This document shows, piece by piece, positions 8,765-18,521 of a stretch of DNA of 64,000 bases. Source of the DNA: Patescibacteria group bacterium UBA661 (GTDB lineage: Bacteria > Patescibacteriota > Minisyncoccia > Phycocordibacterales > UBA918); the NCBI GenBank assembly GCA_002299465.1, contig DBNX01000018.1:11987-75986 (forward strand), given 5' to 3'. The stretch's first letter is position 1. Every line of letters begins with the position of its first letter. The position numbers were made by a program, and so were the translations under genes. Under the pieces are notes generated by a model that was not told where the DNA came from, made no database searches, and worked only from the letters and a program-made list of their open reading frames with translations.

Positions 8765-10033
8765 ATGCAAAAATTCTTTCGCAAGGTCAGCATCATTTTT
8801 ACCGAACCAGCTATTCGCAACCGAGTACTGTTTGTCTTGGCAGCATTGGTCGTGTTTCGTTTATTGGCAACGATTCCGATTCCGGGTGTTGATCAAGCAG
8901 TGCTTGAGCAATTCTTCGCTGACAATCAGTTTCTTGGTCTACTAAACATTTTCTCGGGTGGTGGTTTAGCTAATATGTCGATTGTGATGCTTGGGGTTGG
9001 TCCTTTCATTACCGCCGCCATCATTATGCAGTTGATGACTGTAATGTCACCGAAATTGAAGGCGATGCACACCGAAGAAGGTGAAGCGGGACGGGCGAGA
9101 TTTACTCAGTACAGTCGTCTGCTTACTTTGCCCCTGGCCATTTTGCAGGGCTTTGGTTTCCTTTCTCTCTTACAGAGTCAGGGTGTGATTGTTGGTCTGT
9201 CGACCTTTGAGTTTATCGTGAACGTGATTCTGGTAGTCGCTGGTTCGATTCTGTTGATGTGGATTGGTGAGTTGGTAACGGAGTACGGTGTTGGTAATGG
9301 TGTGTCAATCATCATCTTTGCTGGTATCGTGGCGACTTTGCCGGCGACGGTTAGTCAGCTAGCTTTTACTTTTGACCCTTCACAATTACCGCTCTTTGTT
9401 GGCTTTGCTTTCATTGCTCTCTTCATTATCTACGCAGTGGTCTTTATGACTGAGGCGGAGCGGCCGGTGCCGATTACTTATGCTAAGCAAAGTCGTGGGG
9501 GAGTAACTTACGGTGGTAGCTCGTCTTATCTACCGCTCCGCCTCAACCAAGCTGGAGTTATTCCAATCATCTTTGCTCTGTCGATCCTACTCTTCCCCCA
9601 GATGGTGCTCAATGTCTTGGCAGCCTTTGATTTGCCGTGGGTGCCACGGGCAACAGAGGTGATTAATGAGTTGTTGGCTAATCAGCTACTCTATGGAGCA
9701 GCGTACTTCATTCTGGTGTTTCTCTTCACCTTCTTCTACACAGCTGTCACTTTTGACCCCGATTCGGTAGCAAAAAATCTGCAGCGAAACGGTGCTTACA
9801 TCTCAGGTATTCGTCCGGGTGAGAACACAGCTGAGTATCTAGGTAACTTGACTACTCGATTGACTCTAGTCGGCGCCCTCTTTCTTGGTGTGGTGGCTGT
9901 CTTCCCTCTTGGTATGCAAGCCGCCACAGGTATTATGGCGCTAGCCATCGGTGGAACGGCGGTACTAATCGTAGTGTCGGTGGTACTTGATATCATTAGA
10001 CGACTTGATGCCCAAGTCGCACTGCGCGAGTAA
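8765..10033 (+). CDS. secY: Preprotein translocase SecY
   Basis: About 10 TMs, GVGNGVSIIIF, GVIPIIFA, GIRPG. Confidence 0.98.
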   Translation: MQKFFRKVSIIFTEPAIRNRVLFVLAALVVFRLLATIPIPGVDQAVLEQFFADNQFLGLLNIFSGGGLANMSIVMLGVGPFITAAIIMQLMTVMSPKLKAMHTEEGEAGRARFTQYSRLLTLPLAILQGFGFLSLLQSQGVIVGLSTFEFIVNVILVVAGSILLMWIGELVTEYGVGNGVSIIIFAGIVATLPATVSQLAFTFDPSQLPLFVGFAFIALFIIYAVVFMTEAERPVPITYAKQSRGGVTYGGSSSYLPLRLNQAGVIPIIFALSILLFPQMVLNVLAAFDLPWVPRATEVINELLANQLLYGAAYFILVFLFTFFYTAVTFDPDSVAKNLQRNGAYISGIRPGENTAEYLGNLTTRLTLVGALFLGVVAVFPLGMQAATGIMALAIGGTAVLIVVSVVLDIIRRLDAQVALRE

Positions 10034-10062
10034 ATAAAACAATTCTTTACTGACTACGTAAA

Positions 10063-10094
10063 AAGAAAAACCACTCGCTAGAGTGGTTTTTCTT
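10063..10094. terminator. Bidirectional terminator between secY and cmk-like gene
   Basis: aagaaaaaccactc-gcta-gagtggtttttctt. Confidence 0.8.
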
Positions 10095-10725
10095 AGTATT
10101 GATTCTTGAAAGAAAAGCCAAGCGGGATTGAGCTAAATTCTTGTTTCCATTTCTCAGTTTTGAGCCAGCGGCGATAAACATCAAAGATGGTTAGAGCAAC
10201 TGTCTGAGGACTGTGTCGGGAAGTGTCGATAACCAAATCAAAATGAGCTTGATTATAGGGATCAACGTTGTAAAGCTCTTTGAAGCGCCGGCGTTCTTGC
10301 TCAACGCGTTCGCGTACCTGCACGGCTACCAATTCGAGTGAGCTAACTGTCTCACCACTCTTTAGTCGCATATTATTACTGACTGCGTCTTTGTAAATTC
10401 TTACAGTGGCAACTTGGATATCAAGATCAAGATAGACTTTAAACGATTCTGGTATCCAGTAGAAACCTAGGCGGGAATCAACGACGATGTTTTTCTTATT
10501 GCGGAGGTTTCTTAAATATTCATCAATTTTAGCATCAAGAGAATGATCGTCAGTAGCCGCCAAGTTGTATTCGCGAAGAGTTTTTCCTTCCCGCTGGAGT
10601 ATGGTACGTACCATATCACCAGAAGAGTGTCTGGTGTAGCCTAGGAGCTCGGCTACCTGGTTGGCAGTGGAGGATTTTCCGCTACCGGGTTTACCGGAAA
10701 TAGTGATTATGTGCTTTTTTTCCAT
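10093..10725 (-). CDS. Cytidylate kinase-like protein (archaeal-type Cmk family)
   Basis: ITISGKPGSGKSS P-loop, VVDSRLG, DLVIDT. Confidence 0.8.
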   Translation of the reverse strand: MEKKHIITISGKPGSGKSSTANQVAELLGYTRHSSGDMVRTILQREGKTLREYNLAATDDHSLDAKIDEYLRNLRNKKNIVVDSRLGFYWIPESFKVYLDLDIQVATVRIYKDAVSNNMRLKSGETVSSLELVAVQVRERVEQERRRFKELYNVDPYNQAHFDLVIDTSRHSPQTVALTIFDVYRRWLKTEKWKQEFSSIPLGFSFKNQY

Positions 10726-10801
10726 ATACCGCTTTAGCATAACACAACCGTAAAGGATAGTAGTTGCGTCGAGGTTAAAAAACTGTTAACCTCGAGACAC
10801 A

Positions 10802-11374
10802 ATGAATTACACAACCAAGTATCAGAGTATTGTTTTGATGGGAAAAATTGCCTCCGGCAAAGGCACCCAAGCTCATGCCGTGATGAATCATTTTGGTGGC
10901 ACGCTATATTCTAATGGTAACAAAGTACGCGAAGCAGCACAGACAGCGACAGTCTTTGGTAAAAAAATAAAAACGATGTATGAAGGCGGGTATTTGATTC
11001 CAGAATGGGTTGCTTCGTACTGGATGACGCACGCTCTCGTTAGTCAGTACGAGCACGAACGAGTAATTTTTGAGGCAGTGGCTAAGAAACCAAATGAAGC
11101 CGAGTTGTTTCATGAGATTCACAGCTGGCTGAATCGTTCCTACGTCGTTTTTAACTTAGAGGTTAGCGATGATACCGTTAGAGAGCGGAGCCTGGCAAGA
11201 TCTAGAGATATTGTAGATTCTCCCAAATCAGTCGAAAAGCGTTTGGAAGAATATCACACCTACACCGCGCGTTCTGTGGAATTTTTCCGTACCCAAGGCA
11301 CGCTAGTTGATATAGATGGCTCCCTCTCGCCGGAAGAGGTACAACACAAAATTTTTTCTTTTTTAATGGAATAG
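10802..11374 (+). CDS. Adenylate kinase-like paralog with degenerate motifs
   Basis: GKIASGKGTQA P-loop; DGFPR replaced by EAVAK. Confidence 0.75.
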   Translation: MNYTTKYQSIVLMGKIASGKGTQAHAVMNHFGGTLYSNGNKVREAAQTATVFGKKIKTMYEGGYLIPEWVASYWMTHALVSQYEHERVIFEAVAKKPNEAELFHEIHSWLNRSYVVFNLEVSDDTVRERSLARSRDIVDSPKSVEKRLEEYHTYTARSVEFFRTQGTLVDIDGSLSPEEVQHKIFSFLME

Positions 11375-11384
11375 TTATTTAAAA

Positions 11385-11993
11385 ATGCACACAGCCCAAC
11401 CCTACACAATAATTTTCATCGGCCCCCAAGGTAGTGGGAAGGGGACTCAAATTGAGCGTTTGAAAGCAGCGCTAGAGCGAGACGATGAGAGGCGACGCGT
11501 AGTGGATATTCAGACGGGACGACGGTTTCGTTCTCTGGCTGCTAAACAGGAAACTTTCGCTGAGGACAAAATCGCTTCCACTCTCGACTCCGGAACTTTG
11601 CAGCCAGATTTTCTCACCGCTTTACTCTGGGGTCAGGCGATGGTGGACCAGCTTGATCCCAAGAGCCATCTGCTAATTGATGGTTTTCCACGGACCCTGG
11701 CCCAGGTGCCAGATTTAGAAGACGCTTTTCGTTTTTTTGAAAGGGGAAAGCTTGATATAATCAATCTGGTGACCCCGGAAACAATCGTGCGAATGCGTAT
11801 GGAGAGCCGGTCTCGACCGGATGATACACCGGAATCAATTAACGAAAGATTGCGCTGGTACCGAGAAGAAACTCTGCCTGTAGTGCAGTTTTATCGGACG
11901 CGACCAAATACCCGAGTGCATGATATTGACGGTACAGAAGATATTGATGCGGTGCAGGCAAGTATTCTTAAAGCCCTACAACTAGAACCATAA
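11385..11993 (+). CDS. adk: Adenylate kinase (short LID)
   Basis: GPQGSGKGTQ, LIDGFPR, RPDD. Confidence 0.85.
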   Translation: MHTAQPYTIIFIGPQGSGKGTQIERLKAALERDDERRRVVDIQTGRRFRSLAAKQETFAEDKIASTLDSGTLQPDFLTALLWGQAMVDQLDPKSHLLIDGFPRTLAQVPDLEDAFRFFERGKLDIINLVTPETIVRMRMESRSRPDDTPESINERLRWYREETLPVVQFYRTRPNTRVHDIDGTEDIDAVQASILKALQLEP

Positions 11994-12772
11994 TGATTAC
12001 CAAAAAAACACCAGAAGAAATCATTCGTCTACAAGCTGCGGGAGCGATTCTGGCAGAGTTTTTGCGGGAAATAGCCAAAGAAGCTGTGCCCGGCAACACG
12101 ACACTTGATTTAGACGATCGGGCGATGGAGTTGTGTGAGGAGCGTCAGGTGACACCAATTTTACTCGGTTATCATCCGGGCTTTGCGCCGCGCCCGTATC
12201 CAGCGGCGGTTTGTGTGTCGGTGAATGACTGCGTACAACATGGCGTGCCGAGTGCCGAGGTGATTCTAAAGACAGGTGACGTGGTTAATATTGATATGTC
12301 CATTGAGCACCAGGGAATGATTGTTGATTCGGGTATTACCGTGGGGGTTGGTAAGTTGTCAAAGGAGGCAGAGCGACTTCTCGCTACTACCGAGGAAGCG
12401 TTGGCACTAGGCATAAAGGCCGCTCAGCCCGGGAAGCGCATCGGTGACATCAGTTCAGCCATCCAAACTTTAGTGGAGTCACGGGGCTTTTCCTTGGTGG
12501 AGGTGTTGTGTGGACACGGGGTAGGTTACGCTGTGCACGAAGAGCCAACTATTCCCAATCTAGGCAAGCCGGGCACTGGACCCTTAATTGAAGTTGGGCA
12601 TGTTTATGCGATTGAGCCGATTGTTAATTTGGGAAAGAAAGACGTATATTTTGATGATGAGGGTGATGGCTATAGTGTCTACACCGTAGACGGTTCTATC
12701 TCAGCTCATTTCGAGCACACTGTAGCTATCACTGAACGTGGTCCATTGATTCTTACCAAACTTAGCAAGTGA
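11993..12772 (+). CDS. map: Methionine aminopeptidase type I
   Basis: SVND..HGVP, GHGVG..HEEP, AIEP, AHFEHT. Confidence 0.97.
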   Translation: MITKKTPEEIIRLQAAGAILAEFLREIAKEAVPGNTTLDLDDRAMELCEERQVTPILLGYHPGFAPRPYPAAVCVSVNDCVQHGVPSAEVILKTGDVVNIDMSIEHQGMIVDSGITVGVGKLSKEAERLLATTEEALALGIKAAQPGKRIGDISSAIQTLVESRGFSLVEVLCGHGVGYAVHEEPTIPNLGKPGTGPLIEVGHVYAIEPIVNLGKKDVYFDDEGDGYSVYTVDGSISAHFEHTVAITERGPLILTKLSK

Positions 12773-12827
12773 CTTGAATAAATGTCATAAAGTGGCTATA
12801 CTGCCGGCATATTTTTAAATATTTTTT

Positions 12828-13433
12828 ATGAAGAAACAACCACATCAAGAACGAACTTTTGTTATCCTCAAGCCAGACACAGTACAGCGGAGCTTGATGG
12901 GTGAAATTATCAGGCGCTTTGAGCAGACAGGACTAAAATGTTGTTCCATGAAAATGTTTGTACCGGATGAAGAGCGTTTAATTGAGCACTACAACAAAAC
13001 AGAAGAATGGTTTCAGAAAAAAGGAGCTAACGTGGTGAATGATTTGATGGCGCAGGGTTTGCCTATTACCAAAGAACCAGTTGAATACGGTCGTGATATT
13101 ATTCGTACTATCGTTAAGTATATGACAGCCGGTCCGGTGGTCGCGATGGTTTGGGAGGGTAATCAGGCGGTTAATGTTGTGATGAAGATTGTTGGCACCA
13201 CTGAGCCGTCAACTTCCGATGTGGGCACGATTCGCGGAGATTATACGATTGATTCTTACGGGCACGCTTCTTTTGAAAATCGAGCTGTCCGTAATTTGGT
13301 CCATTGTTCTGACGCTGTTTCGGAAGCTGAGCGTGAAATTGCTATTTGGTTTAGCGAGGAAGACTTAATGAAATACACTACCGCTCAGGAACGTATTATG
13401 TACGATGTTAATATTGACGGTAGGAAGGAGTAG
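12828..13433 (+). CDS. ndk: Nucleoside diphosphate kinase with internal insertion
   Basis: ERTFVILKPD, GTIRGDY, NLVHCSD. Confidence 0.93.
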   Translation: MKKQPHQERTFVILKPDTVQRSLMGEIIRRFEQTGLKCCSMKMFVPDEERLIEHYNKTEEWFQKKGANVVNDLMAQGLPITKEPVEYGRDIIRTIVKYMTAGPVVAMVWEGNQAVNVVMKIVGTTEPSTSDVGTIRGDYTIDSYGHASFENRAVRNLVHCSDAVSEAEREIAIWFSEEDLMKYTTAQERIMYDVNIDGRKE

Positions 13434-13473
13434 TTTTATTTTGACTAAACTAATTTCGTGATACAATTGGGGT

Positions 13474-13628
13474 GTGGGGACACAAATAACGTGTGTTCCG
13501 ATTAAACACACGTTCAGGGCTGCCAGCAATCGCAAGGGGCGATGAGGCCTCACTAGAGATTTCAGACACCGCTTGGAAATGGTGCCCACCTGGGATTTTC
13601 CAGGAGCACACGTGGTTGTTGTCCCCAT
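13474..13628 (+). ncRNA. ssrS: Probable 6S RNA
   Basis: Extended -10 TGATACAAT at 13459-13467; ends pair (tggggaca/tgtcccca, acgtgtgttcc/ggagcacacgt); central bubble with 3' mini-hairpin cctgg..ccagg; own terminator. Confidence 0.65.
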
Positions 13629-13629
13629 A

Positions 13630-13659
13630 GCAAAAAACTCCCCCTGGGGAGTTTTTTGC
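13630..13659 (+). terminator. Intrinsic terminator after the 6S-like RNA
   Basis: gcaaaaaactcccc..ggggagttttttgc. Confidence 0.8.
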
Positions 13660-13691
13660 TTTTCCGGTAAGTTATCGATACCATATACACC

Positions 13692-14075
13692 ATGCTTAGA
13701 AAACACCAGTTAATGCCCACCTTAATATTTTTGGTATGGCTAATGTTTTTGCTTGCACATTTTTATTTTGTTAGCACCAATCTTTACTGGAAAGTTTGGT
13801 GGCTTGATTTGCCGATGCATATTTTTGGTGGGGCGTTGATCATCGTGAGCTGGCATAAACTCAACTTAGCTGTCTGTTTTGAGCGGTTGGCGCTACCTAA
13901 CCACCCACTGTTTTGGTTGCTAGTGCTAGTTTTGGGTTGGGAGATATTCAAATATGCGATTGATATCACCGTCCGGGAGGGCTATCTGGTTGATACCGGC
14001 ATTGACGTAGTTTTAGGTATGGGTGGTGGACTAATAGCTGAATTGCTACAGCGGTCGCGTAGAATAGTTAAATGA
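13692..14075 (+). CDS. Membrane protein with D..H/E/D motifs
   Basis: WWLDLPMHIFGG, LGWEIF, DTGID. Confidence 0.6.
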   Translation: MLRKHQLMPTLIFLVWLMFLLAHFYFVSTNLYWKVWWLDLPMHIFGGALIIVSWHKLNLAVCFERLALPNHPLFWLLVLVLGWEIFKYAIDITVREGYLVDTGIDVVLGMGGGLIAELLQRSRRIVK

Positions 14076-15439
14076 ACAATCAGTCAACATTAGGATTTTT
14101 TGGCGGAGCGGGAACGGTGACGGGGGCTAATTTTCTATTAGACACGGGCGGAGTGGCGATACTGGTTGATTGTGGTTTGGTGCAGGGCGATCGTTTTGCT
14201 TTGGCACGCAACGCCGAACCGTTCCCTTACGAACCAACTGCCGTTGACTATTTGTTGGTAACGCACGCTCACGCTGATCATATTGGCCGGATTCCGAAGT
14301 TGGTACGAGAGGGTTTTCGGGGTGATATTTACAGCACCAGCGCCACTAAAGACTTAGCCAATGTAATGTTACGAGACGCTCTTAAGGTGATGGAGCACGA
14401 AGCTGAGCGCTATGGAGTAAAGCCAATTTACGATGAAGGCGATATTAGCACAGCCCTAGCTAGATGGCGGACAGTTGGTTACGAGGAGCGGTTTTCGCTT
14501 AAAGATGGAATTGAAGCTTGGTACACCGACGCTGGGCATATTCTTGGTTCGGGTATGATACATTTGGTTCGAAACGGAAGAAAAATTGTTTTCACTGGCG
14601 ACATCGGCAATGTGCCGCAACCACTACTGCGCGCTCCGGTGATCCCACAGGACTATGATTACTTGGTGATGGAGAGTGTCTACGGTGATCGTCTCCACGA
14701 GCAGGTAGAGGAACGCACTGAACTTTTGTGTCAGTACATAAAACGTATCCAAAAAACTGGTGGCACGCTTATCATCCCCGCTTTTTCTTTGGAAAGAACA
14801 CAGTCGATGTTGTATGAGATCAATAATTTGGTGGAGTCAGGCAAATTAGAGCCAGTGCCGGTATTTCTCGATTCTCCCTTGGCGATTAGGGTGACTGATT
14901 TGTACCGCACGCACACTAGCTACTTGCGACCAGAGATCCAAAACCAGATTGCCCGCGGTGATGATATCTTTGCCTTTACTGGTCTTAAATTCACTCCAAC
15001 CATAGCCGAGTCAAATGCCATTGTCGCCACTAAAGGAGCGAAGGTAATAATTGCTGGCTCAGGAATGAGTCATGGGGGTAGAATTCGTCGTCACGAACGA
15101 GAGTATTTGGATGAAAGTAACACCATCTTGCTACTAGTTGGATATCAATCAGTTGGGAGTATTGGTCGATTGCTACAAGACGGAGCGCGAACGGTAAAAA
15201 TTGATGGTGAAAAAATCAAGGTCCGAGCGCAAATAGCTACAATTCAAGGTTTTTCTGGGCATGCTGATCGGGACCAGTTGGTTGAATTAGTGGCTTATGG
15301 CGCTGACAAGGTCAAGCAAATTTTTGTCACGATGGGCGAGGAGCGAGCGGCTCTATTTCTTACTCAGCGTCTGCGTGATTATTTGGGGGTAAAGGCAATT
15401 GCTCCCGAGGAGCGTCAGGAAGTGGAGATAGATTTTTAG
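14072..15439 (+). CDS. MBL-fold beta-CASP ribonuclease
   Basis: THAHADHIG, AGHILGS, FTGD, MESVYG, FSGHAD. Confidence 0.92.
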   Translation: MNNQSTLGFFGGAGTVTGANFLLDTGGVAILVDCGLVQGDRFALARNAEPFPYEPTAVDYLLVTHAHADHIGRIPKLVREGFRGDIYSTSATKDLANVMLRDALKVMEHEAERYGVKPIYDEGDISTALARWRTVGYEERFSLKDGIEAWYTDAGHILGSGMIHLVRNGRKIVFTGDIGNVPQPLLRAPVIPQDYDYLVMESVYGDRLHEQVEERTELLCQYIKRIQKTGGTLIIPAFSLERTQSMLYEINNLVESGKLEPVPVFLDSPLAIRVTDLYRTHTSYLRPEIQNQIARGDDIFAFTGLKFTPTIAESNAIVATKGAKVIIAGSGMSHGGRIRRHEREYLDESNTILLLVGYQSVGSIGRLLQDGARTVKIDGEKIKVRAQIATIQGFSGHADRDQLVELVAYGADKVKQIFVTMGEERAALFLTQRLRDYLGVKAIAPEERQEVEIDF

Positions 15440-15460
15440 GTAGATTAGTGAGAGAGGTGA

Positions 15461-15505
15461 GTTTAAAAAAGCGCAGCCCCCGTAGGGGGCTGCGCTTTTT
15501 TAAAC
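15461..15505. terminator. Bidirectional terminator
   Basis: gtttaaaaaagcgcagccccc-gta-gggggctgcgcttttttaaac. Confidence 0.85.
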
Positions 15506-15522
15506 CAGAACTAGACTATCAA

Positions 15523-15867
15523 TTATTTAACTTGCTCTACCACTCGGGCAAAAGACTCTGGGTGGTCTTTGGCTAGTGTGGCTAGAACTTTTCGATCAAG
15601 CTCAATATTTTTTGCCTTTAGCTGTTTTATGAGGTGATTGTATTTTACGCCAAGAGCGAGCAGGGCAGCATTAATACGAACAGTCCAGAGACGGCGAAAG
15701 TCATTCTTTTTATCTTTGCGGTGCGCAAAAGCATGCAGTTGGGCGTGGTAAATTGCTTCCCGAGCCACCCGCTTTTTTTTCGAACGTTGCAAGCGATAAC
15801 CTTTTACTTCGTCGAGGATGTTGCGGCGACGCTTTTGCGCCATTACCCCTCCTTTTACACGTGCCAT
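15523..15867 (-). CDS. rplT: 50S ribosomal protein L20
   Basis: MARVKGG, FRRLWTVRINAA, LDRKVLA. Confidence 0.98.
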   Translation of the reverse strand: MARVKGGVMAQKRRRNILDEVKGYRLQRSKKKRVAREAIYHAQLHAFAHRKDKKNDFRRLWTVRINAALLALGVKYNHLIKQLKAKNIELDRKVLATLAKDHPESFARVVEQVK

Positions 15868-15907
15868 AGTTTATGTTTTACGTACGGATGATTAATAAAA
15901 TAATTGC

Positions 15908-16099
15908 TTACGCACCAGTCTTGGGTAGGAAACGACGGGTAATTCGCTTGCCGAGGGTTAAGAGTTGGGTACGTTTCCGGCGTAGACGCTGTCTACCAGT
16001 TTGTCTGGCGTTAAAGTGGTTTTGACCAGGCTTACGCGCCACTAACTTACCGTTTTTTGTCACTTTAATACGCTTTGTAAATGATTTATTTGTCTTCAT
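15908..16099 (-). CDS. rpmI: 50S ribosomal protein L35
   Basis: MKTNKSFTKRIKVTKNGK. Confidence 0.95.
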   Translation of the reverse strand: MKTNKSFTKRIKVTKNGKLVARKPGQNHFNARQTGRQRLRRKRTQLLTLGKRITRRFLPKTGA

Positions 16100-16188
16100 A
16101 TCTAATTCTAGCCGAAGCCGAAGTGTCGCAACTATAGCGTATAGTGAGGTTGCTGTCAAAGCCTGACTAGGACGTTTGCCAACAACTC

Positions 16189-16869
16189 TTAATTCATTCC
16201 CCAAGCCAGCAAATCATCTAAGTCTTTTTTCTTAGATTTTAAGATTTTTTCAGGATCAACATCTTTTTTTTCGACGGTCTTAGTTTTTACTGCCGGGCCG
16301 CTTGTTTTTACTACGGGGATTGACTTAGTTGTACCCGGTACGCGCTCTAGGGTAATCGTGAATCCTTTGGGGCTTTTTTTAATTTCGTCAGCAATTTTAT
16401 ACTCAGTGGGAATTATTTTTAGGAAGCGATCCAGGCGTTCTTTAAGAAATCCTTGTTCCATATACTTATAACGACCCCAAAGAAAAAGATCGACTTTAAC
16501 GCGATGACCTTCTTCAATCCATTCCGCGGCACGCTTGGCTTTGAGTTGCTGATCGTGTTCACCAGTACCAATCTTTACTTGAATACTTTTAGTTTCGGTA
16601 GTGTGAGACTTGGCTTTTACCTCACGGGCTTTTCGCCCAGTTTGGTAACGGTATTTGCCATAATCCATTATTTTAGCTACGGGAGGCGTGGCATTCGGTG
16701 AAATTTCTATTAAATCTAGGTTGCGAGTTTCAGCCAGCTTAAGGGCTTCAGCCAAAACCAAAACGCCCAGATTCTCACCTTCTGGTCCAACTACCCGCAA
16801 CTCTTTAGCGCGGATGGCGTGGTTAATTCGCGTCTTTATGTTTTTGTCGCTTGAATATGATTTCAACAA
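16189..16869 (-). CDS. infC: Translation initiation factor IF-3 (non-ATG start, C-terminal extension)
   Basis: RINHAIRA, LDLIEI, PPVAKIMDYGKY; exact start uncertain. Confidence 0.95.
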   Translation of the reverse strand: MLKSYSSDKNIKTRINHAIRAKELRVVGPEGENLGVLVLAEALKLAETRNLDLIEISPNATPPVAKIMDYGKYRYQTGRKAREVKAKSHTTETKSIQVKIGTGEHDQQLKAKRAAEWIEEGHRVKVDLFLWGRYKYMEQGFLKERLDRFLKIIPTEYKIADEIKKSPKGFTITLERVPGTTKSIPVVKTSGPAVKTKTVEKKDVDPEKILKSKKKDLDDLLAWGMN

Positions 16870-16998
16870 GTGGAATTTTTCTTAAGTAATAAAATTATAT
16901 AAGGAGTGCCGCCTGACGCTACAGAGCGTCACCAATGTAGGCAACGATTGGTATTTAGAAATCTAACATATAAAAGATAATTGGCAACTGGCAGGTGT

Positions 16999-17826
16999 TT
17001 AATCTGAGCGTGGCCACCAGGGTATAAAGTAACTGGTTTGGGCTTGGTATTTTTGGTAGGCACTGGAGTAGCGGTTTAGGAATAATTGTTCCAGCATCGG
17101 TCCAGTTATTTTGGTGACAATGTAAGTTATGACTAAGGGGCTAATCAAAGCTAGGTACCCAAAGGGTAGGGGTAAGACAATAATGGCTAATCCCCACCAG
17201 ATTACTGTCTCGCCAAAGTAGTTGGGTCGACGACTGTACCGAAAAAGACCACTCGTCATAAAAGGAGAAGGTTCTTTGCCGACGCGCTTGTTGGCGAGGA
17301 AGCGATCCAGTTGCCAGTCAGCGACAGCCTCCAGAATAAAGCCGACAAAAAATATTATCGCGCCAGTGATTAAAGAATATTTAAGCCAGGGTAATTCAGT
17401 AAAAGTGATTGTTGTGTAATTTAGGCTTAGGATAATTGGTAGTGAAATTAAGACGATAATAAAACCCTGGAGCAGGTTAATCTGCAAATAACTACGCACA
17501 ATAAAATAAATTTTGCCATGAGCTTGCCAGGCGTGTCGCCAATTGGCATAACGCTCATCCTCGGGTCGATTTTTATTTTTGTTTCTAATGCGCCAACCTA
17601 AACGAATTGACCAAATAGCCACGAGTAACAGTACCACAATCGCGACTGGAGAAATATTAGTCAGGATTAAAGCAGTGCCAACGCCAGCGAAAAGAAAAAT
17701 CGGCCCATAAGCAATATCCATAATACTGTTGTTGGCTTTAAGTTGGGCTACCAAAAAAACTGCTGTAACTAAAATCAGTACGAACAAGGAAAAGAGGGTA
17801 AGTGTAAATAGAATTGGGATAGTCAT
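16999..17826 (-). CDS. DUF1295 / steroid 5-alpha-reductase-like membrane protein
   Basis: NNSIMD, EDERY, EAVADWQL, SRRPNYFGE. Confidence 0.85.
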   Translation of the reverse strand: MTIPILFTLTLFSLFVLILVTAVFLVAQLKANNSIMDIAYGPIFLFAGVGTALILTNISPVAIVVLLLVAIWSIRLGWRIRNKNKNRPEDERYANWRHAWQAHGKIYFIVRSYLQINLLQGFIIVLISLPIILSLNYTTITFTELPWLKYSLITGAIIFFVGFILEAVADWQLDRFLANKRVGKEPSPFMTSGLFRYSRRPNYFGETVIWWGLAIIVLPLPFGYLALISPLVITYIVTKITGPMLEQLFLNRYSSAYQKYQAQTSYFIPWWPRSD

Positions 17827-17870
17827 TATTTATATTTATTGTAGCATCTGCTACAATAGTATTTAAGTTT

Positions 17871-18521
17871 ATGCCACGTACCACAACTACAAAAAATGAA
17901 ACAGAAACAACTAGTGTTAAGCGTGCCGTTAGACGCACGGTGACTAAAAGAGTGATTACTTCCGACACTGCCGGAGTACGAGCGAGACGATCGGCTGATA
18001 GTTCCTCCAATGCAAATAGTACTTCTAGCAACACAATCCGCCGTAAGGCACCAACCAATCTAGTTGAAGACGTCGGCGAAGCTAGGGACACGACAAAAAA
18101 AAGTTCTGGGTTCAGACGTTTTTATGTGGCGGGAGGGGTGTTAGTGGCTAGTTTAATTGGAGCAGTAATGATTGGTCGTTCTGATACAGGACCAATTAAT
18201 ACCGCCGCGATTATTGCCGAGCGTAACGCCCAGATTATTGCAGGTACAGAAAACCAAGCGGGAAATAATGGGGAAGTGGCAACGGAACAAATTATCCCGG
18301 TGCAAAGTCCAGACAATCAATTGCCAAACCGGGGATTGATACCCAGTACCGAGGCGGATCTGGCTGCTGTCCCTAGACAAAATCAAGCACAAACAGCGCC
18401 AGATTTAACTGAGTCTCCGGTGGAGGAGATCGCCACATCAAGTGAGGGTCAGGCAGACGCTATTCCGCCACCAGCCGCGGAGACAACTGAAGTTGTGCCA
18501 GCTGAACCAGCTCAGCCCTAG
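17871..18521 (+). CDS. Hypothetical single-TM protein with basic N-tail and acidic C-tail
   Basis: 216-aa ORF with one TM segment; TGCTACAAT upstream. Confidence 0.65.
   Translation: MPRTTTTKNETETTSVKRAVRRTVTKRVITSDTAGVRARRSADSSSNANSTSSNTIRRKAPTNLVEDVGEARDTTKKSSGFRRFYVAGGVLVASLIGAVMIGRSDTGPINTAAIIAERNAQIIAGTENQAGNNGEVATEQIIPVQSPDNQLPNRGLIPSTEADLAAVPRQNQAQTAPDLTESPVEEIATSSEGQADAIPPPAAETTEVVPAEPAQP

Noticed and set aside
13365-13706. 113-aa ORF on the minus strand
   Set aside because: Overlaps ndk and the 6S-like RNA; no protein motifs
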